The position numbers and the translations under genes are program-made. From Alphaproteobacteria bacterium (GTDB lineage: Bacteria; Pseudomonadota; Alphaproteobacteria; UBA828), in contig OZ243972.1 of assembly GCA_965214705.1 (NCBI GenBank), positions 288,001 through 352,000 on the forward strand: a stretch of DNA of 64,000 bases. The letters run 5' to 3'. The notes under the pieces are model-generated. The model saw only the letters and a list, made by a program, of their open reading frames with translations, was not told where the DNA came from and searched no databases. Within the stretch, counting starts at the first letter, position 1. Each line of letters begins with the position of its first letter. Shown piece after piece: positions 20,344-31,000 of the stretch.

Positions 20344-21450
20344 ATGTACATCTGGGAACACCCGCATTGGCCGCGCTTAGAGCAGGATCGGACCCGCCTC
20401 GCGGACGCTCTCGCCGAGACGCGCCACGCGCAGGGCAAGCTGCTCGGCCGCATGGAAGCCCTGGGTTTCGAGATGCGCAGCGAGGCCACCTTGCGCACCC
20501 TGACCGAGGACGTGGTGAAGACCAGCGAGATCGAGGGCGAGATCCTCGCCCCGGACCGGGTGCGCTCGTCCATCGCAAGCCGGCTCGGCCTCGATGCCGG
20601 CGGTCTGCCGGCTCCCGACCGCGCCGTCGACGGGGTCGTCGAGATGACGCTCGACGCCACGCGCAACTACGCCGAGCCCCTGACCGAAGAGAGGCTGTTC
20701 TCCTGGCACGCGGCGTTGTTCCCCACTGGGCGCAGCGGCATGCGTCGCATCCGCGTCGGCCGCTGGCGCGACGACGCGGACGGGCCGATGCAGGTCGTCT
20801 CGGGCCCGCTCGGGCGGCAGCGGGTCCACTACGCCGCGCCACCGGCCGAGCGCCTCGGCCGGGAGATATCCGCGTTTCTGAGGTGGTTCGAGGACATGCG
20901 CTCCACGGACCCGGTGCTCGCTGCCGGCGTGGCCCATCTCTGGTTCGTCTCGATCCATCCCTTCGAGGACGGCAACGGCCGTATCGCCCGGGCCGTCGCC
21001 GACATGGCGCTGGCGCGCTCCGAGGAGAGCCCCGAACGCTTCTACAGCATGTCGGCGCAGATACGCCTGGAGCGCAACGCCTACTACGACGTTCTCGAGG
21101 CGACCCAGAAGGGCGGGCTGGACATCACCGCATGGCAGCTCTGGTTTCTGGGCTGTCTCGGGCGCGCGATCGGAAACGCGCGCCGGACCCTCGCCTCGGT
21201 CCTCGCCAAGGCAGACTTCTGGGAGGCCCACGCCTCCGACGTACTGAACCCGCGCCAGGTGAAGGTGCTCAATCGTCTTCTTGACGGCTTCGAGGGCAGG
21301 CTCACGTCGTCGCGGTGGGCGCGGATGAACCACTGCTCCCAGGATACGGCGAACCGGGACATCCGCGATCTTGTCGAGCGCAGCATTCTTGTCCGCAGCC
21401 AGGCCGGAGGCCGCAGCACCAGCTACGAGCTTTCCGGCACGCGGGACTGA
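20344..21450 (+). CDS. Fic-family protein (DUF4172-type N-terminus)
   Basis: MYIWEHPHWP N-terminus, HPFEDGNGRIAR motif, GGRSTSY C-terminus. Confidence 0.95.
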   Translation: MYIWEHPHWPRLEQDRTRLADALAETRHAQGKLLGRMEALGFEMRSEATLRTLTEDVVKTSEIEGEILAPDRVRSSIASRLGLDAGGLPAPDRAVDGVVEMTLDATRNYAEPLTEERLFSWHAALFPTGRSGMRRIRVGRWRDDADGPMQVVSGPLGRQRVHYAAPPAERLGREISAFLRWFEDMRSTDPVLAAGVAHLWFVSIHPFEDGNGRIARAVADMALARSEESPERFYSMSAQIRLERNAYYDVLEATQKGGLDITAWQLWFLGCLGRAIGNARRTLASVLAKADFWEAHASDVLNPRQVKVLNRLLDGFEGRLTSSRWARMNHCSQDTANRDIRDLVERSILVRSQAGGRSTSYELSGTRD

Positions 21451-21750
21451 CGACGAGCGGGGTGCGCACGGCGGTGCGACCGGCGCCTTGCCCGATCGCA
21501 TTCCGAGGCGCGGCCCGGGAGTTTCCCGCACCCGCGACCGGCAACCTGCTGCCCATGCCGCCGCTCGCCTATCGGCCTGGGGCGAGGCACTAATCGTATC
21601 TTCACCCCCGCTCATCCCGCCTGCCACAAACGTCTTCGCCGTCACGCCGCCTGGAGGGAGAGCCTGGCCGTGACCGGGCCGGCGGGGCGGGCGGCCTGGC
21701 GGAGAGGACGCGCCTGCCGCTCGCGATCACGAACCGCGGGAGGGCAAACG

Positions 21751-22074
21751 ATGAGCACGGCGAGAACGATCCAACGCGCTGCCAGCACCTACCTGGTGCA
21801 CTTCTTCGGCGGCGGCCTCCAGGAGGAAGGCCGCTACGTGGTCGAGAGATATGAGACTGCCGCTTCAGGTGAGATCCGCCCGCTCGCTGCCGACGAGGAG
21901 AAGGGTACGGGTGGGCGCAAGCGGCGCACGACCCTGTCGTGCCGCGCCGTCCGGCGCCTGCGACCGGTGTCCAACGAGATTATCGTCGCTACCAATGTCA
22001 GCCGCGACGCAGGCATGCAGCTGTTCGGTTCCGCGGCCGCCGGTATCGCGCTGCGCGGCAAGTGGCGCTGCTGA
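21751..22074 (+). CDS. Conserved hypothetical backbone protein, copy B
   Basis: RBS GGAGG; paralog of 8578-8895. Confidence 0.8.
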   Translation: MSTARTIQRAASTYLVHFFGGGLQEEGRYVVERYETAASGEIRPLAADEEKGTGGRKRRTTLSCRAVRRLRPVSNEIIVATNVSRDAGMQLFGSAAAGIALRGKWRC

Positions 22075-22152
22075 CCGGCAGCCTGGCCGGGGGTGTCGCC
22101 GCCGCCGGCCGCTCTCCAGGCAGCCGGCTACACCCATGTCTTCGAGGATGCC

Positions 22153-22950
22153 ATGCCCGACAGTGACGAGAGCCCGCAGGAGCGCCAGCGCCGGCGTAAT
22201 GCCGACCGAGTCGCCCGTGGCATCTGCACCCGGTGCGGAGCGTTCCCGCCCGAGCCCGGCCTCAAGCTGTGCCGGCGTTGCGGCGAGAAGCGGCGCGCCG
22301 CCGAGAAGGTCCGTCGCGCCAGGGCCCGGGCGGAGGGCAGGATCTACGCCGGTCGAGATCCGGAAACGACACGGCGCGCCGCCCGTGCCGCCGACAAGCG
22401 GCGGCGGAAGGCGCGGCGGGACGCAGGCTTCTGCACGTCGTGCGGACACCGCCGGCCCGCCGATGGCCGTTCCATCTGCGAGCCGTGCCGCGACGGTCAG
22501 CGCGCGATCGAGCGCAAGCGATGCGCTACCCGCCGTGCTGCCGGGCGATGCGTACGGTGCGGGAAACCGGCATTCGGCGGCTCGTCCCGCTGCGGCCGGT
22601 GCGCCGTTCTCGAAGCGGAACGCGCGTCGCCCGAACGCAGGAAGGCGGCCAGCAGGAAACGCTACGCCAGACGCAGGGCGCGGAGGGCTTGCGTGGATTG
22701 CTCGATTCCTGTTGCCGGCACTGCGCGTTGCCCGGACTGCGCCCGGCGATCCAACTCGCGCGCCCTCGACCCTCACCGCCTGCCCGTGCCGTTCCCCGAG
22801 TACACCGTGGTCAGGCTCGACACCGGCGAGACGATCGAGAGCTTCGAGACCGAGGCGGAAGCCGCCGCCTGCCTGGTCTTCGCCAAGCTCCGCCCCGACC
22901 AGGTGGAGATACGCGCCAACGTCCCGTTGATCGCGCTCTCTCCGCCATGA
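22153..22950 (+). CDS. Arg-rich four-unit CxxC..CxxC zinc-finger protein, copy B
   Basis: RBS GAGG; four paired-CxxC units; C-terminal YTVV...EAAACLVFAKLRPDQVEI. Confidence 0.82.
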   Translation: MPDSDESPQERQRRRNADRVARGICTRCGAFPPEPGLKLCRRCGEKRRAAEKVRRARARAEGRIYAGRDPETTRRAARAADKRRRKARRDAGFCTSCGHRRPADGRSICEPCRDGQRAIERKRCATRRAAGRCVRCGKPAFGGSSRCGRCAVLEAERASPERRKAASRKRYARRRARRACVDCSIPVAGTARCPDCARRSNSRALDPHRLPVPFPEYTVVRLDTGETIESFETEAEAAACLVFAKLRPDQVEIRANVPLIALSPP

Positions 22951-23207
22951 ACGCGGCATCGCCGCGTGCAGGCATCCCGCAGGTAAAGCCACCCTCAGCC
23001 CCGGCGATTCCACGCCGACGCATCCCGCAGCGCCAGCATACTGATCGAACGTGCGGTCCGCCCGGTGGTCGTCCTCCCGGCGGGCGTCAGGGCAGGCGGC
23101 AGCCGGGAGGAGGAGAAGAGCTTTGGAGGAGTGAACGGGAGGTGGATCGAGAGAGATCGCCCCGTTCGGCAACCATCGTCAGAACTCGCACGTGAAGGAG
23201 CACGATC

Positions 23208-23420
23208 ATGAGTTTCGGACTGAACCGCGCAGAAGTCATTGGCCGCCTGGGTGCGGACGTCACAATCAACAGCCTCGCCTCCGGCGGGCGCGTGGCCAAT
23301 TTGTCGGTGGCGACCGACGAGGGGTATCTGGATCGCCAATCAGGCCAGAGGGTGGATCGGACAGAGTGGCACCGGGTGGTCAGCTTCCAGAGCGGGCTGA
23401 TCGACATGCTTGAGAAACAT
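23208..23420 (+). pseudogene. ssb: ssb 5' half (copy B), interrupted by integrative element
   Basis: MSFGLNRAEVIGRLGAD...TEWHRVVSFQSGLIDMLEKH, then unrelated sequence and stop at 23450. Confidence 0.95.
23406..23420 (+). repeat. attL core ATGCTTGAGAAACAT
   Basis: Imperfect direct repeat of 58966-58980 (ATGTTCGAGAAGCAC) exactly at the ssb breakpoint; shared GAGAA. Confidence 0.85.
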
Positions 23421-23598
23421 ACGGACAACGGATGGACACACATGCGCTAAGCTGCGTTGGAAACGACAGAAATATCATATATTCATTGAGTTACTGGAAA
23501 CCTCGCCCGAAACCAGCTCGACATAAGACACGCTACTATGCGCACCGGTTTTCTTTCAGGTGTTGATAATCGTGTTGCTCGGCGCTATGCTCCGCACC

Positions 23599-24831
23599 AT
23601 GAAAAATCAGAACCCCGGAAAACGCATCGCCAGGGTCAGGACCCACCTGACCAAGCGCGCCGTCGAGGCGCTCGAGCCCGGCGAGAAGTCCTGGATCGCC
23701 TGGGACGACCGCCTCACCGGCTTCGGTGTCCGTGTCCAGCCCTCGGGCACCAAATCCTTCATCGTCAACTACCGCCCCGGCGACGGCGGGCGCAAGGCGC
23801 CCAACAAGCGCGTCGTCATCGGACGCTTTGGCCGCATGGCCCCCGACGAGGCCCGGCGCAAGGCCCAGGACCTGCTCGGGCGTGTCGCCCGGGGCGAAGA
23901 CCCGGCCGGCGAGCGGTCGGAGGCGCGCGGCGTGCCGACGCTGGCCGAGGCTTTCGAGACTTACATGAGGGCCAATCCAAACCGGGCGGTCAACACCGTC
24001 AGGCTCTACCGCCAGAACCTGAGGGTCAATCTCGGGGACTGGCTGAAGCGTCCCCTCGACGGCATCTCGCGGCAAGACGTGGAGGACCGGTTCAACTTCA
24101 TCACCCGCAAACATGGCTGGGCGGGGGCGAACCAGACGCTTTCGATGCTGCGTTCGATCTACCGCCGGCCCTGCGTCGACCACGAGGGGTTGCGCAATCC
24201 CGTGGAGTTGTGGCTCGCGGCCGGCGGCCGCTTCCACCGCATGCGGCGGCGGCGGATCTCCGGTCCGGTCGAGGTGCTGCCGCGCTGGCGCGCGGGAATT
24301 GACGCGGTCGACCTCGATCCCGCGATCCGCGACATCTTCCTGATCGGGCTCTACACGGGCATGCGCATGGGCGAGGTCGTGTCACTACGCTGGGAGAGGG
24401 TGGACCTTGAGCGGCGCATTCTCAGGGTCGAGGAGACCAAGACCGGGGAGCCTCTGGAGCTTCCGGTGACCCGGCAGCTCGCCGCGATCTTCGAGCGCCG
24501 CCGGGCGCACGGCGGCGAGCCAAGTTCGGAGGCGGAGGGCTGGCTCTTCCCGGCCCCCAGGAAGGCCGCGTCGGGCCATGTCTCGCACCTTTCGCAGTTC
24601 TACCCCGACATCACCAAGGCCGCCGGAACCCGTTTCTGGTTTCACGGGCTGCGCAACGCCTTCATCACGGTGGCCGAGCGCGAGCTGATGCTGCCGCGCT
24701 CGCTGACCAAGCGGCTGGTCAACCACGCCCGCCCCCCCGACGTGACCGAGGGCTACGCTGCGGACTGGACCGTCGAACAGCTTCGCGAACCGGCACAGCG
24801 CGTTGCGGATCGGATTGACGAACTGATCTGA
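23599..24831 (+). CDS. Tyrosine integrase with N-terminal arm-binding domain
   Basis: LTKRAVEAL...WDDRLTGFGVRV..SGTKSF arm domain; catalytic R (TGMR), K (KTG), HGLR, H (VNH), Y (EGY). Confidence 0.95.
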   Translation: MKNQNPGKRIARVRTHLTKRAVEALEPGEKSWIAWDDRLTGFGVRVQPSGTKSFIVNYRPGDGGRKAPNKRVVIGRFGRMAPDEARRKAQDLLGRVARGEDPAGERSEARGVPTLAEAFETYMRANPNRAVNTVRLYRQNLRVNLGDWLKRPLDGISRQDVEDRFNFITRKHGWAGANQTLSMLRSIYRRPCVDHEGLRNPVELWLAAGGRFHRMRRRRISGPVEVLPRWRAGIDAVDLDPAIRDIFLIGLYTGMRMGEVVSLRWERVDLERRILRVEETKTGEPLELPVTRQLAAIFERRRAHGGEPSSEAEGWLFPAPRKAASGHVSHLSQFYPDITKAAGTRFWFHGLRNAFITVAERELMLPRSLTKRLVNHARPPDVTEGYAADWTVEQLREPAQRVADRIDELI

Positions 24832-25128
24832 ACGCGTCGTCAGCCGCCGCATGGGAGCGGATGGGATCGGCAAAGCACTGTATTCTCGACGTTCCTCCTC
24901 TTGGCGGGCACCCGCCTTTGGTGAGGGTCTGGCGAAGATCAGAAGGCAACTCGGCCGCTCGGGTGCTGGAATCACGCGGCTTGGTATGCGCGTCTCGGAG
25001 TCGATCCGCTAAAGTCTTCCACGAGCCGCACTGCCGATGTGGGGTCGGACAGGGGAAACAACCGTTGGGGCGGTGACCAGCAGATGGCGTCGTGACAAAC
25101 TTGCATCGTACATATTTGTACGGTTACT

Positions 25129-25344
25129 ATGACCGGTGACGAGTTCGTTCGGCGCGTCCGTCGTGTCGGGCGCGAGCGCGATGTCGCGGTGCGCTTGGAG
25201 ACCCGCCCGGGCAAGGGAAGCCATGCACGGCTGTATTTTGGGGAGCGCTTTGCCACGATAAAGGACCGACGCAAGGAGATCGGCGCGGGGCTCTTGGCGG
25301 CAATGCTCCGGCAGCTCGGGCTCAACCACGAGGACTTGGGGTAA
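25129..25344 (+). CDS. hicA: HicA-family toxin
   Basis: 71 aa, GKGSH motif, EIGAGLLAAMLRQLGL; upstream of HicB. Confidence 0.9.
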   Translation: MTGDEFVRRVRRVGRERDVAVRLETRPGKGSHARLYFGERFATIKDRRKEIGAGLLAAMLRQLGLNHEDLG

Positions 25345-25350
25345 CGGACG

Positions 25351-25797
25351 ATGAAGGAAGGTGGGATGACGCAAGGGCTAACTTGGCCCGCAGAACTGGA
25401 GCAGCAGGAGGATGGTTCGGTCCTGGTCTTCTTTCCGGACGTCCCGGAGGCGTTGACCGAAGGGGAGACGGAGGCGGAAGCGCTGGCGCAGGCCCAAGAC
25501 TGCCTTGTCGCCGCCCTTGGGGGATATGTAGGGGCGCGGCGCGCCATCCCCCGGCCGTCCCCGGCGCACGGGCGCGCCACGGTTCCGCTGCCGGCCCTCA
25601 CCGCCGCCAAGATTGCGCTCTACGGCGCGATGCGCACCCAAGGTGTCTGCAACACCGCGCTGGCTGAGCGGCTGGGCCTTTCCGAAGGGGCGGTGCGCCG
25701 GTTGATTGACCTCGACCACCGTTCGCACATCGGCCAGGTCGAAACGGCGCTGAATGTTCTGGGGCAGCGGCTCACGGTTGCGACCCGGGCGGCGTAG
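25351..25797 (+). CDS. hicB: HicB-family antitoxin with HTH
   Basis: VFFPDVPEALTEGETEAEAL motif and C-terminal HTH. Confidence 0.9.
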   Translation: MKEGGMTQGLTWPAELEQQEDGSVLVFFPDVPEALTEGETEAEALAQAQDCLVAALGGYVGARRAIPRPSPAHGRATVPLPALTAAKIALYGAMRTQGVCNTALAERLGLSEGAVRRLIDLDHRSHIGQVETALNVLGQRLTVATRAA

Positions 25798-25912
25798 AGT
25801 CTGCGTGATTAGGACAGCGAACCTGCGGGGAACGCACCCGTCCATGAGATGTGTGCATGGTGGATTTGGGAAAGGTGTCGATTCAATCGCACCGGGCAGC
25901 ATTCAAGAAGTC

Positions 25913-27073
25913 ATGAGATCGGTTTATCTCGACTATAACGGATCGACACCGCTTGATCCACGCGTGGCTGAAATCATGGTGCCGATTCTGATGGAGGGGA
26001 TCGGGAACGCATCGTCGATACACCGCTTCGGTCGCCAGCAGAGCGTTGCGGTCGATGAAGCCCGCGAACACGTTTGCGCCATGGTCGGGGGCCGCTCTGC
26101 CAACGTGGTGTTCACATCCGGCGCGACCGAGTCCAACAATCTGGCCCTCAGAGGGGCGGTGGAAGGCGCTCCTGTCGGCCGGCCCCGAATTCTGATTTCC
26201 GCAGTCGAACATGCATCGGTTCGACAGACTGCTCGGTGGCTCGAGGAGCGCGGAATGACGAACCTCGGGGTCATTCCCGTTACCCGAGGTGGCTTCGTCG
26301 ACCTTGATGCATTGGAATCTATAATCGGCACGGATGTGCTGCTGGTGTCGGTTATGGCGGCAAACAGCGAGACCGGTATACTGAATCCGGTGGAGAAGAT
26401 CGCCGAGCAGGCTCACGCCTTTGGCGCCCTGCTCCACTGCGATGCGACGCAGCTCGTAGGCCGATTGTCGTTCGATCTTGAACGGATCGGCGTTGACCTC
26501 GTATCGGTGAGCAGTCACAAGATATGTGGTCCGACCGGTGTCGGTGCACTCGTGGGCTCACGACGCGGCTTGCGGCGGCTGCAACCGATCATCCACGGTG
26601 GCGGGCACGAACACGGCTTGCGGTCGGGTTCGCTTAATGTTGCCGGCATCGCGGGTTTCGGCGCCGCCGCGCGGATAGCCACCGAAGAACGAACGCGTGA
26701 ATCGGCGCGAGTCGCGGAGGCGCGTGACCGATTGACCGCTGCGCTGAAGTCGCGGCTCACTGGTGTACACGAAGTCGGAGACGTCGCTCGGCGGCTCCCC
26801 AACACGGCCAACGTCCGATTTGAGGGTGCCGATGCGGAGGCAGTCGTAAGCAACATGGACCCTGTTGCCGTCTCGACAGGCAGTGCGTGCAGCTCTGGAT
26901 CGATTGAGCCCTCAGAGGTTCTACTCGCCATGGGCATCTCACGCGAATCAGCGTTCGAGACGGTCAGATTCAGTCTGGGCCGATTTACGACGACGGAAGA
27001 CATCAATCTCGCAGTGAATAAGACCGTCGACGCCGTGGAGCACGTTCGGAGCATGGCCAGGAGGAGTGCGTGA
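25913..27073 (+). CDS. sspA: Cysteine desulfurase (IscS/DndA/SspA-like)
   Basis: YLDYNGSTP, FTSGATESNN, HCDATQ, SSHK (PLP Lys), STGSACSS (catalytic Cys); TGATG-coupled to next gene; symbol assigned from context. Confidence 0.88.
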   Translation: MRSVYLDYNGSTPLDPRVAEIMVPILMEGIGNASSIHRFGRQQSVAVDEAREHVCAMVGGRSANVVFTSGATESNNLALRGAVEGAPVGRPRILISAVEHASVRQTARWLEERGMTNLGVIPVTRGGFVDLDALESIIGTDVLLVSVMAANSETGILNPVEKIAEQAHAFGALLHCDATQLVGRLSFDLERIGVDLVSVSSHKICGPTGVGALVGSRRGLRRLQPIIHGGGHEHGLRSGSLNVAGIAGFGAAARIATEERTRESARVAEARDRLTAALKSRLTGVHEVGDVARRLPNTANVRFEGADAEAVVSNMDPVAVSTGSACSSGSIEPSEVLLAMGISRESAFETVRFSLGRFTTTEDINLAVNKTVDAVEHVRSMARRSA

Positions 27074-28077
27074 TGCGTCCGCTCGACGCAGCCAAGCCGA
27101 TGTTCGCTCGGCACGAGACGTTTCATCCTCGCTATGGCTGGTTCAGGAAGGCCTACAGATTTGCAGCTGCAGATCCCCAAATCTTCAGCAGAGACGATGC
27201 ACCCGTGCGGATCGGGGTGGGCAAAAACATGGTCCGTGCGATTCGCTTTTGGGGGCTTGCTGCCAAGCTAATCGAGACGAAGGAGCGAACTTCCAACCTA
27301 CGGGTTTCCGAGTTGACTCCCACGTCCTTTGGCGAGGCGCTCTTCGGTAAGTCGGGGTGGGACCGATACATGGAGGATCCGGGGACACTTTGGCTCTTGC
27401 ACTGGTTGCTGCTGGCTCCTCCCTCGCTGTTGCCGGTGTGGTGGATTGCGTTCAACGACTTTCCCGCTGTGGAGTTCGACGACGACGATCTCGTGGCGGC
27501 AGTCACGACGCAGCTCGAGGCCATCGCGGAGTGGAATGTGCCCCATCCGTCGTCCGTGAAGAAGGATGTCGGCGCCATGCTGCGTACCTATGCACCGGCA
27601 GAGCGCGGCGGGCGCAACAGTATCGACGACATCCTGGATTGCCCGCTCCGCGAGCTGAACCTGATTGGCCGTTCGATCGGAACGAATCAATACCGGTTCG
27701 CGTTGGGAGCGAAGCCTAGCCTGCCGAGCGAGATCCTCGGTTATGCTGCCCTGGACTACTGTGTTCGTACTTCAACTGGAGGAAATACGGTCACGCTCGG
27801 TCGCCTTGCCCATGAGCCAGGCGCTCCTGGCAAGGTCTTCAAGTTGACCGAAGGCGAGTTTTATTCCGCAATCGAACCACTCGCGCGCGAAACGGATGCA
27901 ATTGCCCTGACGACGAGTACGGGAGGCGTTCAACTTTCCTGGTCAGGCAAGCCGAACGAAATCGCGACTGGGATTCTCGACCGGTACTATAGGTACTTCG
28001 TCTCTGACACCCGATCAGATCGTGCTGATCACGTCGACGCCCATTCGCCGCCGACCGTATCGGCGTTGGGGCCATAA
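27073..28077 (+). CDS. sspB: DUF4007-family protein (SspB-like)
   Basis: FARHETFHPRYGWFRK, IGVGKNMVRAIRFWG, DRYMEDPGTLWLLHW motifs typical of DUF4007. Confidence 0.85.
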   Translation: MRPLDAAKPMFARHETFHPRYGWFRKAYRFAAADPQIFSRDDAPVRIGVGKNMVRAIRFWGLAAKLIETKERTSNLRVSELTPTSFGEALFGKSGWDRYMEDPGTLWLLHWLLLAPPSLLPVWWIAFNDFPAVEFDDDDLVAAVTTQLEAIAEWNVPHPSSVKKDVGAMLRTYAPAERGGRNSIDDILDCPLRELNLIGRSIGTNQYRFALGAKPSLPSEILGYAALDYCVRTSTGGNTVTLGRLAHEPGAPGKVFKLTEGEFYSAIEPLARETDAIALTTSTGGVQLSWSGKPNEIATGILDRYYRYFVSDTRSDRADHVDAHSPPTVSALGP

Positions 28078-31000
28078 ATGGCCGTGCTTGCCGACCATAT
28101 CTCGGTTCTCGACCGTTTCGCCCGTTCGACGAATCTGGAGCGGGACGTAGACCGGCTTGAACCGCTCGATGGATACATCGTCACTGCACGTGCATTGGAT
28201 GTTGTCGAGCGCGTCGCTGGTACTGCCGTAGCGGGCGCGGCTGGGGGCGCGTGGTCGCTGACGGGCCCCTATGGTTCGGGCAAATCCTCCCTCGCCCTGT
28301 TGCTCGACGGTGCGTTTGGTCCCGCCGGCCCGACGCGAACACGCGCCTTGAAGTTGATCGATGAAACGTCACCGGCAGTGGGGGAGTCCATTCGGTGTGC
28401 CCATGAACGTTACCGCACGATGGATTCCGGATTCCAGCGCGGTCTGATTACCGCTAGCCGAGAGCCGATCGGCGACACGTTGCTTCGGGCACTTCAATCC
28501 GCGGTCCTCCGGCGATACGGCAAGCTTTCATCATCCGAAAAATTGCCGGCGGCCAACACGCTCAGGCGAGGAATTGACGACGCGGTGGAAAACAACCCGC
28601 ACAGAACCGGGCCCTCTGCGGTCGAAATAGTCGAAATCGCACGGTGCTTGGCAGAGAATTCGCCGCTGCTTCTGATCATCGACGAATTCGGTAAGAACCT
28701 GGAAGCGATCGGAGACAGCTCTGAAGCCGATCCTTATCTGTTGCAAATGCTTGCCGAGGCGGGACAGGGCTCGGGATTGCCCATTTTTTTGCTGACCTTA
28801 CAGCATCTGTCATTCGAGAATCATCTGACTGGTGTTGCGGCTCCTCGACGCCGTGAGTGGGCGAAAGTGCAGGGTCGATTCGAAGACATTGCCTATGTTG
28901 ACTCGTCCCGACAGTCCCGCGCGCTGATTGGAACTGTCTTCGCAGTCAGCAACGAGAACTTGCGGAAGCGGATCACTCGCTGGGCCCGACCCCACGCAAG
29001 GGCGATGCGATCGCTCGGCATAGCCGAAATGGCGGATCCGGAGGTCGTGGCCTCATGCTATCCCCTGCATCCTCTGGCCGCCATGCTTCTGCCGGAGCTC
29101 TGCAATCGCTACGGACAGCACGAACGGACGTTGTTCTCGTTCCTGGCCGGGCCGCACTCGGCTGGCGTTGCGTCCTTCCTTGCGAGCACCAAGCTACCGA
29201 GCCGCGGGGCGCTTCCGTCCCTCGGACTCGGAACCGTCTACGACTATTTCGTCTCCGGCGATGCGCAGGTGGAAATTGCATCGGATCGTCTGCGCCGATG
29301 GAACGAGATTGCCCTTCGGCTCCGCGATCTCCACGGCCTCTCCCCGCGAGAGACCCGTTTGGCAAAAGCCATTGCTCTGCTGAATCTGGTATCGGTCGGC
29401 GGAACCGTTCGGGCGTCTTCCGAGGTCCTGTCTCTCGTTGATGCCGATTCGGCCAATCTATTGGTGCGTCTCGATGCAGCGGGAGTTGTCACCTACCGGG
29501 AGTTTGCCGACGAGTACCGGATCTGGCAGGGGACGGACGTTGATATTCGTCGCCTCATGGAGCTTGCACGGCGGAAGGCAGGGCGGCAGTCGCTCTCCGA
29601 AATTCTTTCCGGCCTGGATGTGCCCGCGCCGGTAGTGGCCGCGCGACACAGCGCGAAGCACGATGTTTTTCGGGTGTTCGCCAGACGCTATGCTGACAGT
29701 GGCGAAGATGTCGAACCTCTGGATGCATTCGCTCCCTGTGACGGCGAAGTGCTGCTCGTCGTCGGAGCGGATCGGAGATTGCCGAAACTGGTCAGTCCGA
29801 CGGCGGCTGCCAAGCCGACCGTGGCGGCAATTCCGGATGACTTGACCGCACTCGACAGAGCTGGCCGAGAAATCGCTGCGGTCACCGTTGTATTGAATGA
29901 TCCTGTCGTCGAGTCCGATTGGGTGGCTCGGTGCGAACTCGCTGAGCGACTGGCGGAGTCTCAGGCCGCTCTTCGAGATGCCATGACCGTCACGTTCGGC
30001 GCTGGCGCATGCCAATGGGTCCTTATTGACGATTCTGGGGTGAGGGAGTTGCGCGCAGGACGAGGCAGCGCGGCATTGTCGGAGGCAGCCGATTTCGCGT
30101 ATCCGTTCACTCCGGCGGTCGGCAACGAAATGCTAAACCGGACTGACCTCACCTCCCAGGGTGCCAAGGCCCGACGTCGCCTGCTCGAAGCCATGATCGA
30201 ACGCCGTTCCGAGGCAAATCTAGGGCTTGAGGGCTACGGCCCGGAAGTGGCCATGTATCGCGCATTCCTGGCCAGGACGGGGCTCCACCTCCGTGTCTCC
30301 AATGGCGAAACCTATGATTTTGGCACACCAACAGACACATCGGTGCTTCCTGCCTGGAAGGCGCTGGAACGCGAATTCGCACGCGCCAAGACACTTCGTG
30401 TCAACCTCAAGGACATCCATGCCGTCCTCCTCCTGCCGCCGTTCGGAATGAAAGCGGCGATTGTTCCGGTGTTCGTGACGGCGGCGCTGCTCGCATTCAG
30501 AGATGAAATCGCGATCTACGAGCACGGGACCTTCAAACCGCTGCTGACTCCCGATCTGTCAGAACGGATGGTCCGAAACCCTAGCCACTTCGAGATCAAG
30601 CACTTCGCGAATGCCGCCGGAGCCCGTCGGCAAGTTGTCGACGCACTGGCAGAACGCCTCGGGGGGGTGACGCGGTTCGGCAAGCACAGGGTGGGGAATG
30701 TCCTTTCCGTGGTAGGTCTTATGGTGCATCAGGTCAGGAACCTCGACGGTTACACGCGGCGTACCCGCAATTTGGGAGCCGCCGCGCGAATGGTGCGGGA
30801 TGCGATCGGGATGGCAGTTGAGCCAGACGAGTTGCTTTTCGATGCCCTCCCGAGTGCTTTGGGATTCCGGCCCGTGCCGACCGACACGAAGACATATGCG
30901 AAGGCTTGCGAGTACGCCGATGGCGTGGGTGTCGCGTTTGACGAGCTCGCTGGATGCCATGACGAACTTCTCGCCGATCTCTTTCAGTTTCTCCTCGACA

